From UHGV virus genome UHGV-1550197: a stretch of 10,180 nt of DNA; one strand, 5' to 3'. This DNA is from a virus. This document shows, piece by piece, positions 1-7,552 of the stretch; within the stretch, counting starts at the first letter, position 1; the number at the start of each line of letters is the position of its first letter. The translations under genes and the position numbers were made by a program. Below the pieces are notes generated by a model. That model saw only the letters and a program-made list of their open reading frames with translations. It was not told where the DNA came from and did not search any database.

Positions 1-249
1 GCCACCAATATCAGAAATATTAATTTCGCGCGCAATTGAAGGGTCAATGTCAATTTCACGATTGAGTTTAGTGATAGCTAAAGTATCGCGCCCATTTACA
101 GTACGAAACTCTAAAGGACAAACCACATCAACGTAGTTTTTAATCGATTCGCTAGTAGGCTGCAAATGTGCAGGAAGGTCTTTAGGCGCCTTTGAGAAAA
201 CTACTTCGCAGAAGTTTTTACGAGTATCAAAATAAGTGGTCATAAACAT
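1..249 (-). CDS. hypothetical protein, N-terminal 83 codons only; gene continues beyond window start
   Basis: ATG at 247-249 (minus) preceded by GAGG 8 nt upstream; frame stays open to position 1 (hand translation MFMTTYFDTRKNFCEVVFSKAPKDLPAHLQ...). Absent from the supplied track because no stop codon lies inside the window. Product not recognised. Confidence 0.5.
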   Translation of the reverse strand, partial: MFMTTYFDTRKNFCEVVFSKAPKDLPAHLQPTSESIKNYVDVVCPLEFRTVNGRDTLAITKLNREIDIDPSIAREINISDIGG

Positions 250-262
250 AATAATTTCCTCA

Positions 263-292
263 ATAAGGGGCTTCAGCCCCTTATTTTATTTT
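263..292. terminator. GC-rich hairpin with T-tract; terminator-like on the plus strand, weaker on the minus strand
   Basis: Inverted repeat ATAAGGGGC / GCCCCTTAT (263-271 / 276-284) with loop TTCA, followed on the plus strand by TTTATTTT. On the minus strand it sits between the stop of the 121-aa ORF and the GAGG RBS of the next gene. Confidence 0.4.
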
Positions 293-656
293 AAATATCA
301 AATTCGTTAAGAACTACATCAAAGATTGCTTCAAGATGCTCAGGTTTAGTTCTGTTACTCAGAATATGACGAATCCAAGTTTTAACTAAGAGTTTACGAT
401 TAGCACCATTCCAGCAAGGATGAGTCCCTAAATCGCGTTGACGGAAATCATCATCCAGAGCGATTTTAAAGTTGGAACCTTCCATTGTGATTGAAACCGT
501 GATGCCATTTTCAAATCGCATATAAACGTAGTTAGGAGTCATATACTGTTCAATTTCGCATACTGATCCATTTTGATGTTTCCAAAGGCAGATGGTATCA
601 ATAGAACCTGCAATACCATTAGAAACATATTTACGTTCAAAGTTAATGTAGTTCAT
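291..656 (-). CDS. hypothetical protein (121 aa from ATG; track ORF begins 12 nt upstream at a TTG)
   Basis: Track ORF 291-668 starts at TTG (666-668); the first ATG is 654-656 with GGAG 6 nt upstream. Compact minus-strand operon context. Product not recognised. Confidence 0.6.
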   Translation of the reverse strand: MNYINFERKYVSNGIAGSIDTICLWKHQNGSVCEIEQYMTPNYVYMRFENGITVSITMEGSNFKIALDDDFRQRDLGTHPCWNGANRKLLVKTWIRHILSNRTKPEHLEAIFDVVLNEFDI

Positions 657-692
657 TTTATTCTCCAAGATGTTTAATTGCGGTACAGGTAT

Positions 693-720
693 ATAATATC
701 ATGTCCTGTACCAAAGTAAA
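693..720 (-). promoter_or_regulatory. candidate T4-early-type sigma70 promoter for the 121-aa ORF
   Basis: Minus strand reads GTTTACT (-35 TTTACT at 715-720), 16-nt spacer, TGA-TATTAT (-10 at 693-698). An inverted repeat GGTACAGG / CCTGTACC (705-712 / 682-689) brackets the -10. Confidence 0.4.
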
Positions 721-723
721 CAA

Positions 724-1056
724 TTATTTTACTACTTTCCAGTGCTGCATGTCAAGTTTACCAACTTTTTTCATCTTCTCAATTAAACGTTCTGCACGTT
801 GGCGAGCTGTAACATAATGCCATTCGTCTAATTCATTTTGTTCAATTTTTCCAACGATTACTGTATTCAATTCATAAATCCAACCAGTAAAGAAATTATG
901 AACTTGAATTGTAAAGGTGAAATCTGTTCCCATACCTTCTGTTGTTTCTACTTCAATAATATCACCTTCAACTGCCATTAAGAACCACATAGTTTCATTA
1001 TATTTACCATTGAAACATTTAGTTTTAACTGTAGCGTTCAGATTAATAGTTTTCAT
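724..1056 (-). CDS. hypothetical protein (110 aa)
   Basis: ATG at 1054-1056 with strong SD AAGGAG 7 nt upstream; a candidate promoter lies just upstream. Product not recognised. Confidence 0.65.
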   Translation of the reverse strand: MKTINLNATVKTKCFNGKYNETMWFLMAVEGDIIEVETTEGMGTDFTFTIQVHNFFTGWIYELNTVIVGKIEQNELDEWHYVTARQRAERLIEKMKKVGKLDMQHWKVVK

Positions 1057-1083
1057 TTTATTCTCCTTTGTTTGTGTAAGATA

Positions 1084-1112
1084 ATACTATCACAAAGGAA
1101 CCGTACTGTAAA
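1084..1112 (-). promoter_or_regulatory. candidate T4-early-type sigma70 promoter for the 110-aa ORF
   Basis: Minus strand reads GTTTACA (-35 TTTACA at 1107-1112), 17-nt spacer ending TGA, then TAGTAT (-10 at 1084-1089). It sits immediately downstream of the intrinsic terminator. Confidence 0.4.
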
Positions 1113-1132
1113 CAACTTTGTGCAATCTTTGG

Positions 1133-1162
1133 AAAATAAAAAAGGACTCCCGAAGGAGTCCT
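1133..1162 (-). terminator. rho-independent terminator (minus strand)
   Basis: Minus-strand RNA: stem GGACUCC / GGAGUCC (1155-1161 / 1144-1150), UUCG tetraloop (1151-1154), then UUUUUUAUUUU (1133-1143). Starts 5 nt after the stop of the 58-aa ORF. Confidence 0.8.
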
Positions 1163-1166
1163 CAAC

Positions 1167-1343
1167 TTATGCTTTCTGCTTACCAAAACGAGAAGCATCA
1201 TCTCGAAGAACCGCACGTGCTCGGCGCATGATCTTCTCAACAGTTTGATTGATACGAGAGTTCGACCCACGCTTGTAGCCAGCGCGTTTAGAATCACCAA
1301 CTTTCTTTTCAACTGCTTTCTTTGCTTTAGCTTGTTTTGCCAT
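1167..1343 (-). CDS. small highly basic protein (58 aa, Lys/Arg/Ala-rich), possibly nucleic-acid binding; function unknown
   Basis: Track ORF is 72 aa from ATG 1383-1385, but that ATG has no usable RBS (AGG only 2 nt upstream). The internal ATG at 1341-1343 is preceded by AAAGAGAA. Product MAKQAKAKKAVEKKVGDSKRAGYKRGSNSRINQTVEKIMRRARAVLRDDASRFGKQKA; followed by a strong terminator. Confidence 0.55.
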   Translation of the reverse strand: MAKQAKAKKAVEKKVGDSKRAGYKRGSNSRINQTVEKIMRRARAVLRDDASRFGKQKA

Positions 1344-1385
1344 TATAAATTCTCTTTTAAATGAAAATGCAGGACTTATTGGCAT

Positions 1386-1739
1386 TGCCTGCGCAAGCCC
1401 TCAAGGGGAACATAGGTTTTTGGATATTTAACGACCAGGATAACCATAAACCCGTCATCATACATTATAGCTCTTATCTGTTGCACACCGTTAGCTTAAA
1501 GGTTCCGGGTCCGATTACTCGAGGATAAGATATATACTGATGGATATATAGGCCTTGAGGCGTACTCCCGATTGGCCATCACCTCGGGGTAGCATGCACT
1601 TGCCGCTATAAAATAACATTCAAGAGGTACACCGTAAAACTGCCGGGGTCTTAAAACTATAATGATTCGCAAATCATTAATCAGACAGTTCGACGGCTCC
1701 TCGATTTAGCTCACACTAAGGCAGTGAATCTCCAATAAA
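1386..1739. other. ORF-free, GC-enriched (~44% against ~33-35% in flanking genes) element; candidate structured ncRNA, long mRNA leader or foreign insert
   Basis: No ORF of 60 aa or more in any frame (longest minus-strand ORFs I found by hand are about 30 codons). GC content by hand count is 37-50% per 60-nt line. Holds multiple copies of a palindromic CCTYRRGG-type 8-mer able to pair alternatively, plus local hairpins. No promoter motif found inside. Confidence 0.35.
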
Positions 1740-1988
1740 TTACTTCAATGTTACCACAAAGTGGCGAACTGCTTTTCGTGCAGCAGAAGCCAAAGGCTTA
1801 GCATATTTAAGTTCATCTTTTTCCTGAAGCTCAGCAGCTAATGCAGTTTGAGCAGGATTCAGATGTTTGAAATAACGCAGGATTTCAAGAGCTTCGGCTT
1901 CAACATCAATAGATGCGCCATAGTTTTCGTGACCATTATTCCATGCGTTTCGTTGCAGTTCAAGAGCGTGTTGTAATTGTTTAATCAT
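1740..1988 (-). CDS. rIII: rIII lysis-inhibition accessory protein (82 aa)
   Basis: Translation MIKQLQHALELQRNAWNNGHENYG... matches T4 rIII as I remember it, in length (82 aa) and sequence; position downstream of gene 31 as in T4. Confidence 0.9.
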   Translation of the reverse strand: MIKQLQHALELQRNAWNNGHENYGASIDVEAEALEILRYFKHLNPAQTALAAELQEKDELKYAKPLASAARKAVRHFVVTLK

Positions 1989-2128
1989 TTAAAAAATTCT
2001 CGTTAGAGATTAAAACTCGGTAGTCACGTTCTTCTGAATTTCATCTTCTTTCGACAGATCTCTCAGTTGTAGACTACCACATAGAATTGTTCGGTTAACT
2101 TATTATTCCGACACCCAATTCATATTAT

Positions 2129-2136
2129 TATTTATA
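2129..2136 (-). promoter_or_regulatory. candidate T4 late promoter core (TATAAATA) upstream of rIII
   Basis: Minus strand TATAAATA lies immediately after the gene 31 stop codon (2137-2139), about 140 nt upstream of the rIII ATG. A single 8-mer in an AT-rich genome, so weak on its own. Confidence 0.3.
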
Positions 2137-2472
2137 TCACTTATAAAGACACGGAATAGCTTTATAGTGACAAGTAACGAATTTTTGTTTAATTTCTTTT
2201 GGCTGCTTAAGACCCAGAGCTACAAAAGGATGCGGAACATTTCGAATTTGACCAACTGGAAGAGAAGTCAAATCACCAACTTCGCAAAAACCTTCAGGAA
2301 CATCAGGACCGACAGAGTGAACTACACACAGTTCAGGAACTTCACCTTGGACACGTTTACCAATAATAAGTCCTGATTCTGTAACTTCTTCATCACCAGC
2401 TTGTGCAGGTTCAGAAACTAAAATAACATATTCACCGACAGCACGAATTGGTAGCTGTTGTACTTCAGACAT
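2137..2472 (-). CDS. 31: gp31 co-chaperonin (GroES-like, required for major capsid protein folding), 111 aa
   Basis: Translation [48 protein letters not shown]... matches T4 gp31 as I remember it; RBS AAGGAAAAACG-ATG. Confidence 0.95.
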
Positions 2473-2502
2473 CGTTTTTCCTTTTTGTTAACAGATGAAT
2501 TA

Positions 2503-2529
2503 ATAATAACAAATAATTCTTAAAGCATT
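2503..2529 (-). promoter_or_regulatory. candidate MotA-dependent middle promoter for gene 31
   Basis: Minus strand: AAATGCTTTA (MotA-box core TGCTTTA at 2521-2527), 12-nt spacer, TGT-TATTAT (-10 at 2503-2508). Fits the T4 middle-promoter pattern (a/t)(a/t)TGCTT(t/c)A-N11-13-TAnnnT, about 30 nt upstream of the gene 31 ATG. Confidence 0.45.
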
Positions 2530-2837
2530 TATTTACCAATAAATTGGAGCAAATGCTCAACTTTCATACCATTAACGGAAATCAATTTGTCAATAGAAAA
2601 ACCTCGCCATGCACCAAGCTCAACATCAAATACTGGAATCATGTCAATAGATTCTTTCCGAGTAGATTCAGTCAATTTACCGGTTTGCATGGTTGGCATA
2701 AAGTCTGCATCACGAGTACCTTTCATAACACGAATAGTGCCATCAGACTTTTCAAAAACTACGTTTGAAACACCCATGGACAATTTAGTTTTCAAAATTT
2801 CACGAATTGCTACTTTTTGTTCAGTCGTCAGTTTCAT
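2529..2837 (-). CDS. hypothetical protein (102 aa), in the position of T4 31.1/31.2-type ORFs
   Basis: ATG 2835-2837 with AGGT SD; directly abuts the upstream ORF (its stop is at 2838-2840). Product not recognised. Confidence 0.65.
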   Translation of the reverse strand: MKLTTEQKVAIREILKTKLSMGVSNVVFEKSDGTIRVMKGTRDADFMPTMQTGKLTESTRKESIDMIPVFDVELGAWRGFSIDKLISVNGMKVEHLLQFIGK

Positions 2838-3074
2838 TTATTTACCTATTACAGTTTTAATATGAGTTGTTCCACGTTCTTTAAGGGTGGAAAGTAATTT
2901 TTGGCATTTTTCTAAATCAGATTTCCAACTATACGGTCTATCAATACTAGTCCAATCAGTTTTATAATACTGTTTCCATTTAGAGAAAAAATATTTCTTA
3001 TACTCTACAGCAAATGAGATGTTCTCGTTAGAATAAGAACTAATTGCTGTGAGCTTTACCAAACGAAATTTCAT
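2838..3074 (-). CDS. hypothetical protein (78 aa)
   Basis: ATG 3072-3074 overlaps the cd stop (TAATG, 1-nt overlap), indicating translational coupling. Product not recognised. Confidence 0.6.
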   Translation of the reverse strand: MKFRLVKLTAISSYSNENISFAVEYKKYFFSKWKQYYKTDWTSIDRPYSWKSDLEKCQKLLSTLKERGTTHIKTVIGK

Positions 3075-3655
3075 TATTCACCACAGAATTCGTTGATATT
3101 TTCCCAGTTTAACTTATTCAAGTTTTTCTTAGGAACATTAAACACTTCAATACCTGCATTTCGCAGAATATCATCCCAACCAGGTTTATTTTTGTCGTAT
3201 GTTTCACAATAAACTAGCTTTTTAATACCAGATTGAGCTATCGCTTTTGCGCAATCTGGACAAGGAGAAAGTGTTACATACATAGTAGCACCTTCAATAG
3301 AAGAACCATTTCGTGCAGCAAACAAAATTGCATTTAGTTCAGCATGAATTTCATTTTTAGATGACCATTCCGAGTGAGCACTACGATGTTCTTTCGCCAA
3401 AACAAAACGATCAGTTGAACCAAATGATACGCATTCAGGCTTATGACCTTGAATGATAGTGTGTTTAGGCTTATTCAACAACCAACCTTGCTCAGCAGCA
3501 TAATCACAACAGTTCACACCCCCTGCGGGGGAACCATTATACCCAGTAGAAATAATACGTCCATTCTTTTCAATTACTGCTCCTACCTTCCAGGAGCAAC
3601 ATTTTGATTCCTGTGATACTAAATATGCAATTTGAAGTACTGTACTCGCTTTCAT
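3074..3655 (-). CDS. cd: dCMP deaminase (deoxycytidylate deaminase), 193 aa
   Basis: Translation contains the cytidine/dCMP deaminase zinc motifs H-A-E (HAELNAI) and S-P-C-P-D-C and matches T4 Cd (193 aa) as I remember it. Confidence 0.95.
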   Translation of the reverse strand: MKASTVLQIAYLVSQESKCCSWKVGAVIEKNGRIISTGYNGSPAGGVNCCDYAAEQGWLLNKPKHTIIQGHKPECVSFGSTDRFVLAKEHRSAHSEWSSKNEIHAELNAILFAARNGSSIEGATMYVTLSPCPDCAKAIAQSGIKKLVYCETYDKNKPGWDDILRNAGIEVFNVPKKNLNKLNWENINEFCGE

Positions 3656-3990
3656 TTCATAATCACCAGATAAGCAGATTTAGCAGTTTCAACACGATAA
3701 ATTTCGTGACGAAGTTTAGTTATACTTTTAACAACAGAAGTAATTATATTCAGCCCATCTTTAAAGCGGTTTTTCTTATCAATAAAAACTGCGCCAGTCA
3801 TCTTTTTGTGAAGCTCAATTGGATACTTCGTCACAATAATAGCATCATACACAGAAGGATGAATACTATTCACCAGAGTATCATTCATTAAAGTTATTCT
3901 AATGAACTGTGCTGTTTCAGAATCAAGCGCTCTATGATCGCCAGTATCATTTTCAAGACAATTATCAATTATATCAGTTAAATTCATCAT
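3652..3990 (-). CDS. hypothetical protein (112 aa), cd.x-type small early ORF
   Basis: ATG 3988-3990; its stop overlaps the cd start (ATGA). Product not recognised. Confidence 0.65.
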   Translation of the reverse strand: MMNLTDIIDNCLENDTGDHRALDSETAQFIRITLMNDTLVNSIHPSVYDAIIVTKYPIELHKKMTGAVFIDKKNRFKDGLNIITSVVKSITKLRHEIYRVETAKSAYLVIMK

Positions 3991-4223
3991 AGTACGCCAT
4001 ACACCCTTTGTGCTTCAACTAATCCATCAAAATCTAGTTTAAGATGCGATATTTGATCGCCATCACCTGGATTCACAATTACTAATACTGAACGAGGAGT
4101 TTCAGTAATAACACGAACCGATGTTTCAGGAAATCGTTCAGAAACTTTATTTACTAATTCCTGTGCAAATAGTTTAACTTTTTCTTGGAATTCTTTAGCA
4201 GTAATTGGTTTTTCACTTAGCAT
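3987..4223 (-). CDS. hypothetical protein (78 aa)
   Basis: ATG 4221-4223; its stop overlaps the start of the downstream ORF (ATGA at 3987-3990). Product not recognised. Confidence 0.6.
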   Translation of the reverse strand: MLSEKPITAKEFQEKVKLFAQELVNKVSERFPETSVRVITETPRSVLVIVNPGDGDQISHLKLDFDGLVEAQRVYGVL

Positions 4224-4744
4224 GTTGATCCCAGCTCCTTACTTTCAACGTTTTTAACTAATTTGACAGAAACTAATTCAGCATCTTGAGTAATCATTAC
4301 CGGACCTTCTTCATACTCTTCAAGATATTCTAGAGCTTTCTTTTTAGCTTCTTCCTTCGTATCAGTTTGAGCATAGATATAAAACATACAACCAGTAATA
4401 CCTACTACTTTCCACTTAATTTCTTTATCAGTTTTAATTTCAAATTTACTGACGGAATCATCTTTTTGAACTTCTTCGAAAAAAGAATATTCTAACATAT
4501 AAGCAATTGAAAATAGCGGGCTAACTTTATAGGATTCACCCATTACATCAACAGCTTTATACCAACAATCATCAATTTCACGTTTAATGCTAATAACATT
4601 TTTCGCAGGATCTATTTTTACTTTAAATGAATTTTCCCCAATAAACTGGGCAATTCGTTTATTAGCCCCGCAAGTTTCATTAAAAATATCTTTATATCCA
4701 GCTTTAAAGCGATAAACCTTATCTTCTTCAAACCATTCGCTCAT
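4217..4744 (-). CDS. hypothetical protein (175 aa), acidic C-terminal half
   Basis: ATG 4742-4744 with GAGGA 7 nt upstream; it has its own candidate promoter in the 62-nt gap upstream. Product not recognised. Confidence 0.7.
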   Translation of the reverse strand: MSEWFEEDKVYRFKAGYKDIFNETCGANKRIAQFIGENSFKVKIDPAKNVISIKREIDDCWYKAVDVMGESYKVSPLFSIAYMLEYSFFEEVQKDDSVSKFEIKTDKEIKWKVVGITGCMFYIYAQTDTKEEAKKKALEYLEEYEEGPVMITQDAELVSVKLVKNVESKELGSTC

Positions 4745-4774
4745 TTCAATTTCCTCATTTGTTTTGGTAGAGCT

Positions 4775-4803
4775 ATAATATCACAACTCTACCGTAAAGT
4801 AAA
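4775..4803 (-). promoter_or_regulatory. candidate T4-early-type sigma70 promoter for the 175-aa ORF
   Basis: Minus strand GTTTACT (-35 TTTACT at 4798-4803), 17-nt spacer ending TGA, TATTAT (-10 at 4775-4780). Inverted repeat GGTAGAG / CTCTACC (4787-4793 / 4766-4772) brackets the -10. Confidence 0.4.
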
Positions 4804-4806
4804 CTA

Positions 4807-5082
4807 TTAAATTGCTTTGAATTCTGATGTCTGTGATTCAAAGCGAATGTCGCCTTTGATAACTAGCTCAGCATCAAGACCAAATACAACAATGATATGC
4901 GCGGAACCTGGATACAACGTAATGGCAATAGAATCCACCTGGTCTGGAAGCAAAGCGTTCAATACATGAGTCACTTGAGCGTGGATTCGAAGTTCAGCTG
5001 CGTTATCAAGTTTTTCAAACATATTATTAGCGATAATTTGGCTAAACACTACTTCTACGATTTTAGAGTAAGTCGGAAACAT
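4807..5082 (-). CDS. hypothetical protein (91 aa from ATG; track ORF begins at an upstream TTG)
   Basis: Track start at 5110-5112 is TTG. The internal ATG at 5080-5082 has GAGG 5 nt upstream and sits 2 nt after the stop of the upstream 66-aa ORF. Product not recognised. Confidence 0.55.
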   Translation of the reverse strand: MFPTYSKIVEVVFSQIIANNMFEKLDNAAELRIHAQVTHVLNALLPDQVDSIAITLYPGSAHIIVVFGLDAELVIKGDIRFESQTSEFKAI

Positions 5083-5084
5083 AT

Positions 5085-5285
5085 TTACCTCACATAATTT
5101 TCTTCGAGCCAATCAATAACATCCAAAGCGTTATCAAAAGTTGCGCCATCTACTTTGTCTTCTGTTTCATAATCAAGAACATCTAGGCCTACTCTTCCGT
5201 CAACAATAGGCCATAGACAAAATAGATATTTCTTTTCTTTTTCAATTTTATCACAAAGACGATAAATCTTTTCTAGGTTATTCAT
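5085..5285 (-). CDS. hypothetical protein (66 aa), acidic
   Basis: ATG 5283-5285, 2 nt after the stop of the upstream ORF; weak RBS. Supported mainly by tight operon packing. Confidence 0.5.
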   Translation of the reverse strand: MNNLEKIYRLCDKIEKEKKYLFCLWPIVDGRVGLDVLDYETEDKVDGATFDNALDVIDWLEENYVR

Positions 5286-5474
5286 ACGTTTTCCATGGTA
5301 AAGGCAGTTTAGTTTTCTTTACTACTAGTTCAACATCAGGATTCTTTTCTCTTAATTTAAGGCATTCCTCCCATGCTCTATTTTCACTAGTAAATACACA
5401 AAATTGCCCATTACTAGTACCAACTAAACCGCTATTTACAATAACAATAGCCCAAGTTTCATGGTGCCAAGCCA

Positions 5475-5475
<1 letters not shown>
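5278..5475 (-). CDS. hypothetical protein (65 aa from the ATG overlapping the pseT stop; alternative start at 5505 gives 75 aa)
   Basis: ATG 5473-5475 overlaps the pseT stop (TAATG) and has GGGAG 7 nt upstream; the longer track ORF would start 30 nt inside pseT. Confidence 0.5.
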
Positions 5476-6675
<1,200 letters not shown>

Positions 6676-6679
<4 letters not shown>

Positions 6680-6906
6680 TTATTTTTCTCAACTAATGAT
6701 TGAATATAATCATGCAGGTCTTTAGATGCTTTGCCCCACTTATTTTGGTATTCATTTTTAAGATTAGCACGTGATTGAGCTAATAAAACATCATTAGTTG
6801 GAGGTAAAGATTCTAATCGTTGAATCTGGCGACCATAAATCATTGCAGCCATCTCGGATTCATAAATCAATTCTTTGAGATGTTCAAATTGATGCCATGA
6901 AATCAT
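6676..6906 (-). CDS. hypothetical protein (76 aa; 78 aa if started at ATG 6910-6912)
   Basis: The ATG at 6904-6906 has AAGAGGA 9 nt upstream and overlaps the o-spanin stop (ATGA); the upstream ATG has only 3-nt spacing. Product not recognised. Confidence 0.55.
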
Positions 6907-7202
6907 TTGCATTTATCCTCTTTTAGCTCTTGACGATAATAACATATCATAGTTTTTTGGTCATGTACATATCGTTTTACATCATTAAGCCAAATACGAA
7001 ATTCCTGGGAATCTTCAAATGGCATACCGACCCAAGCTTTACCATCAATAACTTTAACTTGCCAAGATAGTTTAGCTTCATCATATGACTTTATCTGCAC
7101 AGGCCAATTAGGATGAACTGTTTCTTTCTTTACTTCTAGAGGCTTTGTCGAACAACCAACTAGAAGACCAATAGATAATATTACTGCTGATAGTTTAATC
7201 AT
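6903..7202 (-). CDS. pseT.2: outer-membrane spanin-like lipoprotein (o-spanin), 99 aa
   Basis: N-terminal signal peptide with lipobox L-V-G-C (MIKLSAVILSIGLLVGCSTKP...); immediately downstream of, and 4 nt overlapping, the i-spanin-like gene. In T4 the spanin pair is pseT.3/pseT.2 in this position. Confidence 0.7.
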   Translation of the reverse strand: MIKLSAVILSIGLLVGCSTKPLEVKKETVHPNWPVQIKSYDEAKLSWQVKVIDGKAWVGMPFEDSQEFRIWLNDVKRYVHDQKTMICYYRQELKEDKCK

Positions 7203-7552
7203 TTAGAAAGGTCCTGGATGTCTTCTGCGAACTTGTTGAAGGAGTTGTTGATTTGTTTTTCAACCAATCCTGGCTTATGAGCCACCACATCCGCCTTCTT
7301 TGCGTCTTTGCGCAGCTTTTCATTTTCACGCTCAATAGCAGCAATTGCCTCACGATTTTTATTATTCATCGCATCAATATAATTATACTGAATTCGCAAA
7401 TTATTTAATGCTAAGGCGTTTTCATTGGCTGTTTTTGTAATTTCAGTAACTGATGTTTCTAATCTTTCTACCTTATTTTTTAAAATAATAGATGTTCCGC
7501 CAAATGCTATTACAAGTAATAGCAATCCAGCTGTAAAATTACTTACATGCAT
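7199..7552 (-). CDS. pseT.3: inner-membrane spanin-like protein (i-spanin), 117 aa
   Basis: Single N-terminal transmembrane segment (FTAGLLLLVIAFGGTSIIL) followed by a charged, likely coiled-coil domain; 117 aa; precedes the lipoprotein gene. Matches T4 PseT.3 architecture. Confidence 0.7.
   Translation of the reverse strand: MHVSNFTAGLLLLVIAFGGTSIILKNKVERLETSVTEITKTANENALALNNLRIQYNYIDAMNNKNREAIAAIERENEKLRKDAKKADVVAHKPGLVEKQINNSFNKFAEDIQDLSK

Noticed and set aside
1-249. Identification of the left-end partial gene as DNA ligase (gene 30).
   Set aside because: The N-terminus (MFMTTYFDTRKNF...) does not resemble the T4 DNA ligase N-terminus as I remember it (MILKILNEIASIGS...); left as hypothetical.
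1058-1312. 84-aa minus-strand ORF overlapping the small basic-protein gene in another frame.
   Set aside because: It would span the intrinsic terminator hairpin at 1133-1162 and begin inside the candidate promoter. The overlapping 58-aa frame has an RBS, a coherent basic composition and a terminator placed right after its stop.
1344-1385. N-terminal extension of the basic protein to 72 aa (start at ATG 1383-1385).
   Set aside because: That ATG has no usable Shine-Dalgarno (AGG only 2 nt upstream), whereas the internal ATG at 1341-1343 is preceded by AAAGAGAA. Kept as an alternative start only.
1386-1739. tRNA gene, group I or group II intron, or type III toxin-antitoxin RNA repeats within the noncoding element.
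   Set aside because: I found no T-loop-like GGTTCGAAYCC with an acceptor stem, no recognisable intron core motif, no flanking split reading frame, and no tandem direct repeats. The element is reported only as an unclassified candidate.
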